Assembly (NCBI GenBank): GCA_002633005.1 | Contig: NMRA01000021.1 | Coordinates: forward strand, 707,677 to 751,222 | Direction: 5' to 3' | From: Phoronis australis | Taxonomy: Eukaryota; Animalia; Phoronida | Length of the DNA: 43,546 nt | Part shown: piece after piece, positions 31,724 through 43,546 of the stretch | How positions within the stretch are numbered: the first letter of the stretch is position 1 | Layout: each line of letters opens with the position of its first letter | Translations under genes and position numbers: made by a program | Notes under the pieces: generated by a model | What the model saw: only the letters and a program-made list of their open reading frames with translations | The model's database searches: none | Told to the model about the DNA's origin: nothing

Positions 31724-32669
31724 AAATCCGTTTTTCGTGTTGGCAATAATGACGGCATTGCTTTGGAAATCGTCTTAAGATAATGTTTGACAAAGAGAGT
31801 ATTGCGAGTTTCTGAGTGATTCACTATTGCTTCGATTAAAGTTCACATCTTACCATCAGCTTCTGATTTTTCATCGTCACTCTGGTTCCATTTTCTTTAA
31901 AAAATGAAGTAAATTTCATAGCACAGTGGAGCAGACGACGGAAACGGAGTCGTAGTGCGCAGCGCCACTGCCGGTCGCCTGGGATATCTTGGGAGAGCCT
32001 ATCTACTTAGCCATAGTTCCGTTACAAATGCGCCGTGTTCCGAATTTGACACTTGAAATGGATTTGAGCCCCTCCCCAACACTAAAACTGCACACATTTA
32101 AATCCTATTTTATCCGTATAATTTTAATTACCGTCGGTCCTTGGGGTTTATTAATAAAAAAAACTCAACATTTCCCTACGCTCTTAAAGTTTTATTTTTT
32201 TGAGCCAGCCAAGGGGGGGGCGGACCCCCTGGGCCCCCCTAAATCCGCCTCTGTGACCATTGAGACGCCGGGTCTCGATGCACGACCCGAGGCTGGCCTT
32301 TATTGATTGAGAATACAGCCGGGACACCTGAATCGGACAAAGATATCTAAACATTTTGAATCTGTCATGGTGGTGACGCGTCCTTAAAAATGCAGGACTG
32401 TCCCACCACTTTGACCGCGGGATAGCCTATCAGCGGGGCCGAGAGAACGCTCACTGAGTTCACTTGTGGCCGGTCGGCCGCCGATCCCGAATTACATCTT
32501 ACCTGATCTTGCATAAATTATTTTACTCATGACGTGAGTTCATTAAATTTCCTTTTTTCACAAAAATGTACGCAGTACCCCCATTGCCATAGGTCTTCAG
32601 TTCTACGGAAGCAACACTGGCGGACTGACGCACAATTAAACTGACGCTCAAAGAATCAGTGGTATTTAT

Positions 32670-32800
32670 TGATAAGTTGGGCCCAAGGCTGCGAAAAAAA
32701 CAGCCCAATCTTAAACCTGTTCGAATGCGGGAGCAGAGTAGGACACACGGAAGCTCAATGTGAGCATGCGCGAAAACCCGGCGTAATCAACGAGGTTGAG
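32670..32800 (+). promoter_or_regulatory. Candidate BRD7/9 proximal promoter
   Basis: CCAAT near 32705, ETS-like ACGGAAG near 32747, NRF1-like TGAGCATGCGC (32761-32771) overlapping E2F-type GCGCGAAA (32768-32775), about 120 bp upstream of the ATG. Confidence 0.5.
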
Positions 32801-32889
32801 GATGAAGTTTTAGTTTGCAGTGGTTGTAAGTCTTCGGAAAGCATTTCACAAATGCAATAGAAAACTGATGCTGAAATTTTTAAAAGTTA

Positions 32890-32947
32890 ATGAATATGAG
32901 TAAAAAACACAAGAAGCATCACAGAGCAGAGAAAAATGGTTCTGCAG
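32890..32947 (+). CDS. BRD7/9: BRD7/9 exon 1
   Basis: MNMSKKHKKHHRAEKNGSA; donor GTATTG at 32948, phase 1. Confidence 0.87.
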
Positions 32948-35900
32948 GTATTGTACTCAACATGTTCTGTATTGACATTGTTTTCATTGTTTCGACTTTC
33001 GTTTTTGTGAATTGTGACAATCTGAATCGGAAGTTATCTTTTTGTCTTTCAGTAGGCCCCTATGTGAAATACATATCGTCTGGTCGTGTGCTACTAACAG
33101 TGTATCATTTATTTTTCATTTAGTGCCATTTTTATTAGTGATCTTTCATTGCTCATTGTGAACCTCACTCAAAGTGACTCAAACCCACAGGCGTCCTCAG
33201 CTTCTGATCGCGTCCCCAGGACACAACATATAATGACATAATGTGTAATGCTACAAGGTGATAGGTGAGACACTCGAGACTAGAAATTCCACTGGTGCTT
33301 CGATTCAGTTGTCTATATCAAACAAATAACTTGTTGATGGGCTAGCAGTGAAAGGCATTCTGTTTGGTTAGGAGCGTTGAATGCGCGACACTGAACAAAC
33401 ATGTTTACTGCAATTCCTCATGTTGGGGGTGTATTACATAACACTTAATTCTCTGAACTACTCCTACACATGCACTCATCCTAAATCACTTCGATATGAG
33501 ATCATACTCTAACATAACTCAATAAATTTACACATAACGGGTTCAACAAACCATGAGAAATTGGTCTTTCTTTACCATTCACGGTGTCCTACGTAGCGAG
33601 TTCGCAAGAAATTCGCTGTCAAAGCACAAAAATGTTCCCAAAAAGCCCAAACACACTTTGCACTTTGATGGTTCGAGGTCAAGGACGGTACGTAATTTAC
33701 CGATGAATTACGGATGGATGGCATTATCGACATCGTGACTACGCGACAAACCGGCGACGTTGATGCATCTATGTTTTGGGTAGATACGGTCCGTATGATC
33801 GGATAACTTTGGTCCTTCACTGTTTATGTCGACACTCCACTCAGACTTGTGTTAAGTCGCTATGAAATGGCCTAATGGCTGATTACCATTTTACAGACAA
33901 TGGGAACTTTAGCAAATAGCAAATGTTGTTTTATGACATCTCCACACTGCAAACCATATTTGTAATAGATTAAAATGTTCTTATTCTTTACTTCTATGGA
34001 GAAATTCAACAACAGAATTCACTTTTTGGCTATAATGTGTGCTAAACAAGTGAAGAATTATTAGTAAGTGCAATAGTTTGACCTTGTCAATGCAATGGTT
34101 GAATCTCAGTTGTAGTCATAGACATTGCTGCAAGTAACATCAAAATAGCAGGTGCTGCCTGTTGCGGTTGTTGATGGCATTTTAAAGCATTGTGTTGCAA
34201 TACGTTTTTGTACAATACTTGTAGAGAAATGAGTTTGTTTTTATACTACAGTGTGTTAACAGTACAGCAGACTGAGAATGGATGAGGCTCTTAAAGATGA
34301 GGAAGCTGTGAATTTGTGCCATAATGCTTCACAGTTAGCACACAATATGGTCAAGAAGTAAAATTTTGTTTTGATAAATTTCTCCACAAAAATTTTACAA
34401 GCATGTTTTGTAGTGTCTAAATGTCATAAAACAAAAAAATTCCCATTATTTGCAGAAAATAATCAGCTATTGAAATATGGAAATGATAATTTTTGGAAAT
34501 TTATTTATTTTTGCATGAAATAAATAGAGATCAGAACGTTACCATACTTGGTACTATTTACATTGAACAGTTGAAATCTGATAATTTAAAAGTTGTTTTG
34601 GTTTATCCCAAATTGAAGAATTGCATGTCCTTTATTAGGATCAGTGACGCCTTCAAGGGTCTGGAGTCACCAGTTTAAGTTGTGTAGGGACCAACCATGT
34701 TTGTGTGATATGTTCAATCAAACTAACTTTTTAAAGCTTGTGGACTTCCACAATGTTGGAAGCCCTTAAAAATGAAAAAAAAAATCATTTTTTTGCAATC
34801 ATTTTTTTCTGAAATGGATGAAATTTCAGCGTAGTATTTTGTGAACATTTTGGGACAACCTCTTACAACATAGCCTTACCCGTCTGCTCTTGTGTCTGTT
34901 ATCCCAAGTGTCGGCTTCATGGTGATGGTGGTGTGTGGTTACTGCTTGAAAGCAATGGATCATGAACTTTGATTTGGATAATTGATTTGGATCCGTATAT
35001 ATATAAGACTGACGCAGTTTATAGTCGCATCTTAGGATTTACCGAGTTGTTTTTTTAATAGCAATTTTATGCGTGAAATTGTAAGACATGTCAAATCTCC
35101 ATTTCTCTTAAATGACAAAAATCATAATGGTCGTAATTTCATGTTGAAGCAATTTCTCAATGTCTGTGAAAACATTTGCATTTGTACGTGTTGAACTATA
35201 AGTTGCCTTTATTTTGCATTTCTGCAATTAAGGAGTCACAATGCCAAGTCTTTTTATTTTAATGGGTTTTGTGCCTTGTTTTGAAGGTTCAAGCAATCCT
35301 TGTTGGCTGTCAGACTTGTAAAAAATTACTTTGGTATGCAAATGGGTATCATTTGTTTGCTGCAGGCGTGCGGGTACTTTGCCAAGACTGCTTTCTTTCC
35401 TTGGCTGTCAAGTTGTGCACTGGTAATAAGGCTTGGTACTCCTGTTTAGGACACAGTAATGTAGAAAATTGTATTTCTCAGGAAATACAATTGTTAGGAA
35501 GCATTCACATATTACGTGTTGTCACTTGCCATATTTTACCCCTCTCCCCCGTCATCGCCCGTCATGATATAGCCCCCCTCCTCCTGTCCGGCCTCTAATT
35601 ACCTCATCAAAGTCAATCCCCTCTTTTTGCCAGAACTGACAGTATTGTTGGAGATTCCATCTACTAGTACATGTATATGACTCTGATGTCAAACTGTCTC
35701 TTTATCATCGTAACTTGACATATTTGGTGCTGTTGTATTTAGCAATGAAATAAAGTACGCAATATCAAGACTATCAAACCCATACTGTGATGGAGAAATT
35801 CTAATAAACCAGATGGTGATGACGTCACCACAATGGTAACTCCCCCTGTCATCAATAGTCATCTTTCCAAGCCCTCTCTAGTGTGGAGTAATGACGTTAG

Positions 35901-38900
35901 GTGAACGCTCCCTTAACATTGTCCATACTTTACAGATTCGACCAGTGTATTCACGATGCAAGCCTTTGCAAGTTATTCATCAATCTTGGAAATTATTTTT
36001 ATCTCAAAATTGAAGATTTTACTGCACTTTAAATATCAAATCGAACTATGAAAAAATTATGACAGCTCTAAGCAAGTTCAATTGCAATTCACATTGCTAA
36101 ACCACCGTCTCGGAGGCCCGGCGTCGTTGCGCTCATTGTGATCATCGATCTTTTTCTAAAAGTCGGGGAATCCCGCGTTTCCTTAGCACTGGGCGCTAAA
36201 TCTTCATTCTTTAAAAGTCGGGGATGGGCGCTTAACCGAGAGGTGGGCGCTTAATTGGAAATCTTCAAAAATCGCAGGGGGCGCTTAACCGAGCAGTGGG
36301 CAGTTAAATCGAAAATCCACCTAAAGTAGGGGGTGGGCGGTTAACTGAGCATGGGCGTTAACCCGAACGATTACGGTAATTTTTCTCCTTTGACCTGTTA
36401 TTTATATTGGAGAATTTAGTTCATTCGACAACATAAACAAAACGTGCAATTTTCACGTTGCGACCAATGGTCTCATAAGCCAGGTTCTGTTTTCTGTAGA
36501 CCAACCAATCAAACTGGTGTTGAACCTTAAAGTGCCCAGCGGAACTGAGAATGAGGCTTTGCCCTCTTATCCACCTCCAGACAGTGAAGAGCGACATAAG
36601 AAGCATAAGAAGAAGAAGAAGAAACACAAGCATCACCACGATGAAAGAAAAGAAGAACGGAAGGTAAGTGAAAAGTTTTACTGTTTATGCATAGTAGGTC
36701 ATGACTGGGAATCTGTATTCAGGTCAACTCTTATCCTTTTGTTGCACATGACCCTTTGAAGTTAAGTGAAGAAATTATCAGGAGTTGACTGGGGTATGAG
36801 CTGACTAGAGTGCATACTGACTTGGAGACATGTTGACTACGGTGCAAACTGATTCAGGTACAAATTGTCTAGGGTAGGTGTTGTCTTGGTTACGAGTTGA
36901 CATTGGTGTTGACTTGGCTTCGTGTTCACAGTTGACGAGTGTATGAAATGTCGAGCCTCCGTGTCTAGCTATTGTTTTGTAACAGATGTTATCAAGGTTT
37001 TTCTGTAGATAAACCCACCCAATGAAACGCCCATGGCTGTTTATTTGGTGCTACAACTTCTGTTGTCAAGCGTCCAGATAGTGGGGCGTTTATTGAGAAA
37101 ATTTCCTCTTAAAAGTCCATTCCCAGTCAACTTTTTGTCACAAATTCAATTTTATGAAACATTCATCATTTATAAAAACGAGCAAGGTGTTGGCAAACTA
37201 TGCATTTATTAACATAAGCTTTAAAGACACAGTTTTAAGTAAAATATGTAAAAGTCAGCAAAACTATGACTTTCCGTTTACACGCCCCCCTATTCCGAAT
37301 AAACGCTTGGTCGTTTATTTGGTGTAACTAAAACGCCTGAAAATTTTCATTTTCCGAATACACGCTCATGGTCTTATCTACAGAAAATCCCGGTAGGTAT
37401 AGTGTGCTGTCATTTTCAATTGAATTGTGGGACAGTTGTCGTTTGCTAATCATCCAGTGACATCACTGATAACTTGTGGGCGTATAATTGAAGAAAGTTT
37501 AAAGCTCAGCTGTGAAATTATCAGTTGCAACAAATATGAGGACTTAGTCGTCGTAGAGCTGTCATTCCTTCTGTTATAGGAGAAGGTGAGCAAACGAGAA
37601 CACTCTGACACTGAGGTGGACATCACGGACTCGTCCGAGGAGCCATCCGTTAAGAAGGCGCTTCTGGACGATGCTGTGCTTAAGAGGTTACGTGAGCCAC
37701 GAAGCTGCACGGTTGGCAGATCGGGAGAATCGGGAACCCTTAAGGCATGTCTGGATTACATTCAAAGAACGCTGCAAAGGTTTGCATCAGAGTTTTTCAT
37801 TAAATATTTAGCAAAACAATGTTGAAAGCATGTTACAGCATGAATTTAAAAATGCCACTGAATTATGTATGTTTAACACTAATTAAGCTTATTGTCAGTG
37901 TCCACTTATTGAAATATGAAGGAGTCCTACTGCTATAAATCATATTTATTGATGAGAACATTTACTTGGCATTTCAACTGTTGTGGAATTTTAAGAACGC
38001 TGCTGAGAATGGCCTAAAGGTCAATAATGTGTAAGAAAAGAGAACACAATTACTATCTGATGCTTTGTACAGTCAGTGACACATATTTGTGATGCCCCAG
38101 TTATTTGAAGTTGGGGCTTTAAAAGGACATTCTCTTTTTGCACCCAAAACACATTTTTGAGGCTGTTGAATGGGTTTCACTTCTTGGAGTTACTAATTTT
38201 GACTGGATGCATAAAAAAACAAAATCCTTTGTGTTCTGTAATTTTATTACAAATCCCCATTTCTCACCGCTGTCCACTCGATGTTCACTGAAATCAAGGC
38301 TGGTGCCCTTATCATTTAAAAACGCTTAAAATATTCTGCTATTTGGTGCATTGACAGAGTATTCAGCAGCTATTGCACAGCTTGTAGGCTCGATTTCACG
38401 CGACTGCTAATTTCTGTAAATTTACATTAAAATTTCTTTCCGAGAATGCCCCTTTAAGGTTCCTGAGGCTTCAGTACTAGGATGTCTGTTTGCTCCAACA
38501 AGGAGTCCTAGTGTTTGTCCTGAGGCTTCAGTACCAGGACGTATGTATGTTCCACCAAGGAGTCCTAGTGTTTACTTGGAGTGGATGTTTAGCAGCAAGT
38601 TTTTTGTTGTTCCTTTGACAACGCTAGACTCTCTAGACTGCATGTGGCTACAACAATCCAAGATTGAATGAGCCAACCAGTTTCTTTGCGTCAGTTCATG
38701 GAGAACAGTGTAACACAGTATGAGACCAATTATCCTCTTCATAAGTCCTTTCACATCATAACCGTGGTCGGAACCGCCGAGCTCATCCTAATATTTTATG
38801 GTAAATCTACCCTGGGATGGGCCGAAATGGGCAGCTTTTACCAAAAACCTTGGTTTGAGTGCAGCACTGTCCATGGAGTTCATCTTCATATTGTAACAAG

Positions 38901-39396
38901 TATTTCCAATGTTTATTCAGTTACCACTTAGTTTTATTTTGTTGTCTCTAAATTCTTTAACACGTAGTGTGAACTACATCAGTGTTAACATATCCATGAG
39001 ACACTGAAGTGGTTGAAAGAGACACCAAAATCACTGTTTGAGTCCATAATCACTCTTAAGCTGTGTGATATGTCGTTGTATGCAGCTGTTGTGTTAACTT
39101 TGACCTCTCCCAGAGGACTATATCTTTCCTGTTATTGTTTCCTAAATTAAACATGATTAGCATTTTACGGCCTTTCTTTTTAATTCAATGCATCAGTTTA
39201 TTATCAAATCTTATTTTCTGATGTGATTGAGTTTTTATATGTGTTATCCAGGAAAGACTCCAATGGTTTCTTCGCCTACCCCGTGAATGACATCATAGCC
39301 CCTGGTTATTCTAGCATCATTTCACAACCCATGGACTTCAGCACCATGCAGAATAAGATTGACAAAGACGTGTATGACAATGTCATGGAATACAAG
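32890..39396 (+). CDS. BRD7/9: Bromodomain-containing protein BRD7/BRD9 (SWI/SNF subunit), first 4 coding exons; 3'-partial
   Basis: join(32890..32947,36500..36663,37580..37779,39252..39396); phases 1,0,2,0 consistent. MSKKHKKH, PIKLVL.LKV, lysine-rich NLS, LQRKDSNGFFAYPVNDIIAPGYSSIISQPMDFSTM bromodomain start. Start could be 32896. Probably the single invertebrate pro-ortholog of BRD7 and BRD9. Confidence 0.93.
35497..35912. mobile_element. PIF/Harbinger-type MITE
   Basis: TIRs GGAAGCATTCAC / GTGAACGCTCCC with TTA on both flanks (35494-35496, 35913-35915); C-rich subterminal motifs. Confidence 0.65.
36190..36378. mobile_element. Right end of a Tc1/mariner (pogo-type) MITE
   Basis: About seven GGGCG(C/G)TTAA-like subterminal repeats ending in TTACGGTA; left end not found. 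Confidence 0.5.
36500..36663 (+). CDS. BRD7/9: BRD7/9 exon 2
   Basis: TTTCTGTAG acceptor; (D)QPIKLVLNLKVPSG...ERHKKHKKKKKKHKHHHDERKEERK; donor GTAAGT at 36664. Confidence 0.92.
36781..36951. repeat. Degenerate 16-bp tandem repeat, about 10 units
   Basis: (T/C)TG(A/T)CT cores at 16-bp spacing, e.g. TTGACTGGGGTATGAG, CTGACTAGAGTGCATA, CTGACTTGGAGACATG, TTGACTACGGTGCAAA. Confidence 0.7.
36990..37395. mobile_element. Tc1/mariner-type MITE with TA flanks
   Basis: Left TATCAAGGTTTTTCTGTAGATAA; right TTATCTACAGAAAATCCCGGTA; internal AAACGC / GCGTTTATT repeats. Confidence 0.65.
37580..37779 (+). CDS. BRD7/9: BRD7/9 exon 3
   Basis: TTATAG acceptor; EKVSKREHSDTEVD...REPRSCT...LKACLDYIQRTLQ(R); donor GTTTGC at 37780. 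Confidence 0.9.
38123..38453. mobile_element. Kolobok-type MITE (TTAA target)
   Basis: TTAA-AAGGACATTCTC ... GAGAATGCCCCT-TTAA. Confidence 0.6.
38461..38573. repeat. 57-bp tandem duplication
   Basis: TCCTGAGGCTTCAGTAC...CAAGGAGTCCTAGTGTTT twice. Confidence 0.88.
39252..39396 (+). CDS. BRD7/9: BRD7/9 exon 4 (bromodomain ZA loop)
   Basis: TCCAG acceptor; KDSNGFFAYPVNDIIAPGYSSIISQPMDFSTMQNKIDKDVYDNVMEYK; donor GTATGC at 39397. Confidence 0.96.
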
Positions 39397-41349
39397 GTAT
39401 GCTCAAATACTGACGGGGCAACAGTTTACATCTCGTGCTTGCCTCTGTGTGTTTGTGAGAAGTGCGCTTAACTGCTTGTGTGGTTATGTTTGTTTGAAGA
39501 GCCATGACTTGCTGTCTCTCGGTCTTACCAAGGCTTGGAATTTTCTTCGGAAACACCGATTTCAGTTTTTTTTCTCTTATTCCCTCCGCGTATTTTTGTT
39601 ATATTTCCACAGAAAAAATCAGATTTGCCATAAGATTATCGTGGCAAGTTGGTCTCAGGTTTGGCGTTACCAAACCTGTGTACCACCAAAACTGCATTGG
39701 AGTACTGTGAACACCAGGTTTGCAGATTTTCCAGTAAAATTTTCAGATTTTTCGCACACAGACTAAATATATATGGGGGGGGGGCTCGAATTTTTCGCAG
39801 TGCCAGTGGACCTTTCACTAAAAAAGGGTTCATTCAGAGCTATGAAATGTGCATTGGCCGAGTTGTTTCCCTTTTTAGTGGACTTTTGTCTCACTTTGGT
39901 TTCTCTCGTGTGGACCTTTTTGCCCACACTGCCAAATAAGGGACTCGTTCGAGCCCCCTTGGGTACTTTTCCTACATACTTGCCTCTGAAACTTTCTAAA
40001 TTACAGTAGCGAATTGATGACCACTTTTCAGAATAACCTGAGGTGTTTAGTTGAGGGACAACGCGCTCAGTGAAAAGATCCAGTTATTCAATACAAAATG
40101 TCCTTACTCAACTTAAATCATTACAGCGTTCTGTCATTCAGCAACTTTTCCAGACGTGAGGGGTGCTGAACGTGCGATAACATCTGGCTCTTTTGTAAAC
40201 TGCCCAGCTCACTCTTTTTGTCCCGTATGATAACAAGCAGGCCAATTATCTCTCAGGCTTCAAAGGAAACGTATGGTGGTTGCACGCTATTACCCAACGC
40301 GTAGGAACACAGTCAAACCCAGTGCGTTGGTAATCCATTTGGACAGAATAGATTGTCTTAACTTCTGTAACGCTTGTAGTTGGCGATTTTGGTGATTTAA
40401 AAACGGAACATGATCAGCATTTGACGAGGAATTCCGAAATGCTATTGGTTTAAGCTCAAATATGTCATAACTTAACTTTCATTTTTATCTGCCCAGTCAG
40501 GCTAGATACGATTTGATCGGAGATTAGAGCAATTATCAAACAAAAGAGCACAGGTCCTCCAACTGTAAATGCCAGAATGGAGTTAATGAGTCGTGTAAGA
40601 TATTGGCTACGGGTGTAAACTTCCCAACTTGTTGTTGGGCTATAGAATCGAACAAGTTGGGAACAACGTGATGTCGCCGTCATGTAGTTATGTTAACGCA
40701 TGCCTAATATACACCCGAGTCATTTCTTAACACGAAAACATAACTGCAAAAAGGTCTTTATGAATCAGCTCTAGACATTGTTTTGCACCAGTCGATGTAT
40801 TCTAAACCATTAACGAAAGTTTTGAATAATTATTCATTGCAAGTGTCTGTGAACAGGTTCCACCACACTGCCTCTGAAAAAACCTTGAGTATTGCTGTCA
40901 GCTGAACATGCTACGAAGTCAGTGCAGTCACCATGGCCGCAAAAAAAACAACACGCTATTCAACTTGCAGTATAAATTCCACGGCTCCTTCCATAAGACA
41001 TTTTCATTCTTTGGAATAACGCGGCAAAAACAGAGGTTTCCTTCTTTCAGAAGCTACTTTCTTCACAGCTCGGAACATGCGGCCATTCATGCTTTGGCAG
41101 TTAAACTGACATGCATAACAGAGTCAATAAAAAATTCAATTTACTGAGTAACACCTCTTTGAAGAACTTAATTCCAAACTAATGTTGAGACTGAAGTTTA
41201 TATGAAACATCTTAGTCACTTCACCACTGTACAATAGGTTCACTTATATTGCTCCTGTGACACAGAGTAGGCAGGCTTAATCTGCTTTAATTCCACTGGA
41301 GAATAAGAACACGTGTTTGACCTCACCACCAGTAATGCCTCCAGGGTGT

Positions 41350-43400
41350 CACTAGCTAGAGACGACCTCTGACTTCCTGACACAACTAAACACTCCCTCA
41401 CATGCAAAACTACTGGGTGGGATGGTCAAAATCCCCAACTGACTTGGCACAACGGCTTCAAATGAGGGTCCTTCCTGCTCAGCTGAGCCCCAAACTCGTC
41501 CACTCGTGTGTATTTGATAGCATTGATATCTGTAAATTGATAAAGCGCTAACAATTCCGTGACACTGTCGAGAGACATGCCTTGAAGCAGAATCGGAAAC
41601 CGCTTCACACAGTGCCGGAGGTCTTCCACACATAAGCCAAACAAACGAGGCGTGTGCTAGCAGTGGGTCATCAAGTGGCAGCTTTCATACCAAGTACCTG
41701 CATGTCACTTCAAAATACTGTCGCACACGATCGAAGAATTCTTCAATGCGCTTACTTCACAGACGATTGTGCTCTTTATTTGCAATAAAGTCACGAGCCT
41801 GCTGCCCAATCAAAATATTATCACTTTTCTGCTTGGCTTGATCTGCGAAGTTGACCTGTGACAGGGATTTATCAGCAACAGCAACCGTCTTCAATAATCT
41901 GCTATACAAAGCCCCCCACAAGGCCAACAAGACAGTCCCTGAGTTCACGGATAAGTGGTTCATTGGCCTGGGGCTTCAGTAATACACCATCATACACCTT
42001 CACGGTGCAATCGAGAAACAAACAGAAGAGCTTGTTAGTTGGGGACTTCAAGAAGGTGGCAATGCTCTCAATCTGCAGATGATTCACCTACTTCAACCTC
42101 TTCCACAGTTTTGCCCTTCTGGGAACTCCTTTCCTTCTTTGTCTGGTCGTCAGCAGCATTTTTTTCCACCAGCTCCACAATAAACTAAGTGAGTGGGCCC
42201 CAGTTTTGCAGCAGCCATTGAATGCATCTGGATCAAGCAATAGGTCTTCAGTTATTAAAAGCAGACATAATTGTCAAAGTGTCATTTTTATGGCTAAGAA
42301 GTGGTCAAATCTCGTTACAACCAACCTGGTCACTTTCAACGTTCTATTCTCTAAGTACCAAAGCAGCTGTATTGTATACAAAATACCTTTGGTTAGAGCA
42401 AACTTTGGTTCCAATAAGCAGCCAAGAAACTGCAAAGTCGTTTTTCTTAATCTTTTACTAATTGACCTATTGCCAGTATTATGACTGACGGCTTAACTAA
42501 ACAATCAGAACACAGCATTCTCGACACACCTTATTTCACTAAAATGTCAAAGTATATTAGACTGTTTCCTTTGCAAAAGAATTGTTCAGAAGTCTTTGTT
42601 TAGAGATAGTGCAAAAATGTGGTATAGTTATGACATTTTGTAAAACATGCCCTTGATCATAATGAAGTATCAGCGATACAACACTCAAAACAAAATAACA
42701 ACCATAAAACAAAACACGAAAGACTGCGAATTAAACAAAACGAAACAGCAACAGGTTGGACAATACTACCTTCTTGGCACCAATATGGACCATGTGCAGG
42801 GCACAACCTGCAAGGTATGCTTCCTTTTACTCGGCAGTAATAAAGGCAAAAACACCCTTGTGTTTTCCTATCATAACAGCGGCATTGTAACAGCCGAAGG
42901 CCACAAGAGTGTCCCATGACACACCTTGCACATCAAGCTCGTCACTGATCAACTTGAATATGTTTTTACCAAAAACAATTTTAAATAATAGAAGATCCGT
43001 AGAAGTGGAAATATTGCTATGTTCTTCTAACATAAATTACAATTTAGCAACCTGAGAAAAATTCTGGTCATAGCAGCCCAAAAAGCATAGCTGAGAGAGC
43101 TATCATATGGGAGGCAGTTGACTCTTTTGATGAATTTTAACGTGAAGAGAGTACTAAGAGTTAAGTCTGTAATGAGCATCAAGCATACAAACCTGTAGCA
43201 GACCCTTCGCAGACCTTCAACGCCAGCAAATGAGTGTCAACGTTGCCAAGGTTCCTAGCAGAGTCAACCCCAAAAGTCCCGATGACCATTGGAAAAAATT
43301 CATTGTGCCACCATCAGTCGCTAAAGTGAATGGATGGCCATGCAGGTTTGCAGCAGTTAGCTTCATAGAGATGGTGGGCATTTCTTTTAACATAACACTT
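41350..43400 (-). mobile_element. Decayed hAT-superfamily transposase in BRD7/9 intron 4 (element extends beyond these limits)
   Basis: Collinear frameshifted fragments: HPFTLATDGG (about 43310-43340), NIFKLISDELDVQGVSWDTLVAFGCYNAAVMIGKHKGV, FLKSPTNKLFCLFL, EEFFDRVRQYF...KLPLDDPLL, and ILTIPPSSFACEGVFSCVRK (hAT C-terminal dimerisation motif). Confidence 0.8.
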
Positions 43401-43546
43401 TAGTGCAACCACACTGCATGCCTAGGATTAAAAATTCAATTAAGTTCAGTTCAAATGACTCCTATGACAAAATTATTGTCTAGATACGAACCATACAGTT
43501 GTGCTGTTAAGTCAAGCACCAGTGAATTTTTCTCTTCATACAGACC

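Larger units (their letters stand above)
30998..32253. mobile_element. hAT-like non-autonomous element with 5-bp TSD, spanning the gap and a nested MITE
   Basis: Left end CAGTGGCGGATCTGG, right end CCTAAATCCGCCTCTG, both flanked by TGACC (30993-30997, 32254-32258); termini related to 25390-25546. Continuity across the gap unproven. Confidence 0.6.

Overview
Eukaryotic genomic DNA from an intron-rich, AT-rich invertebrate-type animal genome (taxon inferred, not determined), with one 282-nt N gap. Four spliced genes are readable. (1) The first coding exon of APRT (- strand, rest lies left of the window) sits head-to-head, 202 bp apart, with (2) a complete 11-exon TRIP13/Pch2 AAA+ ATPase gene (+, 770-17754, 430 aa). 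(3) A convergent SLC52-family riboflavin transporter (-, 21766-24185, 683 aa) has an unusually long N-tail and central loop. (4) The first four exons of a BRD7/BRD9 bromodomain gene (+, from 32890) run off the right end. Introns and intergenic DNA hold many DNA-transposon derivatives (a THAP/Kolobok-like foldback element, a young Mutator-like element with perfect TIRs and 9-bp TSD, 5-bp-TSD hAT-like MITEs, Harbinger-, pogo- and Kolobok-type MITEs, a decayed hAT transposase) plus many tandem duplications, several of which copy TRIP13 splice sites or its stop codon. I see no CRISPR array, no convincing RNA gene and no novel multi-gene system that the sequence alone can support. The best leads are the TRIP13-BRD7/9 linkage shared with vertebrates, the inward-facing THAP foldback hairpin in TRIP13 intron 1, the duplicated TRIP13 processing signals and the extended SLC52 protein. 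Protein comparisons to human sequences are from memory and need database confirmation.
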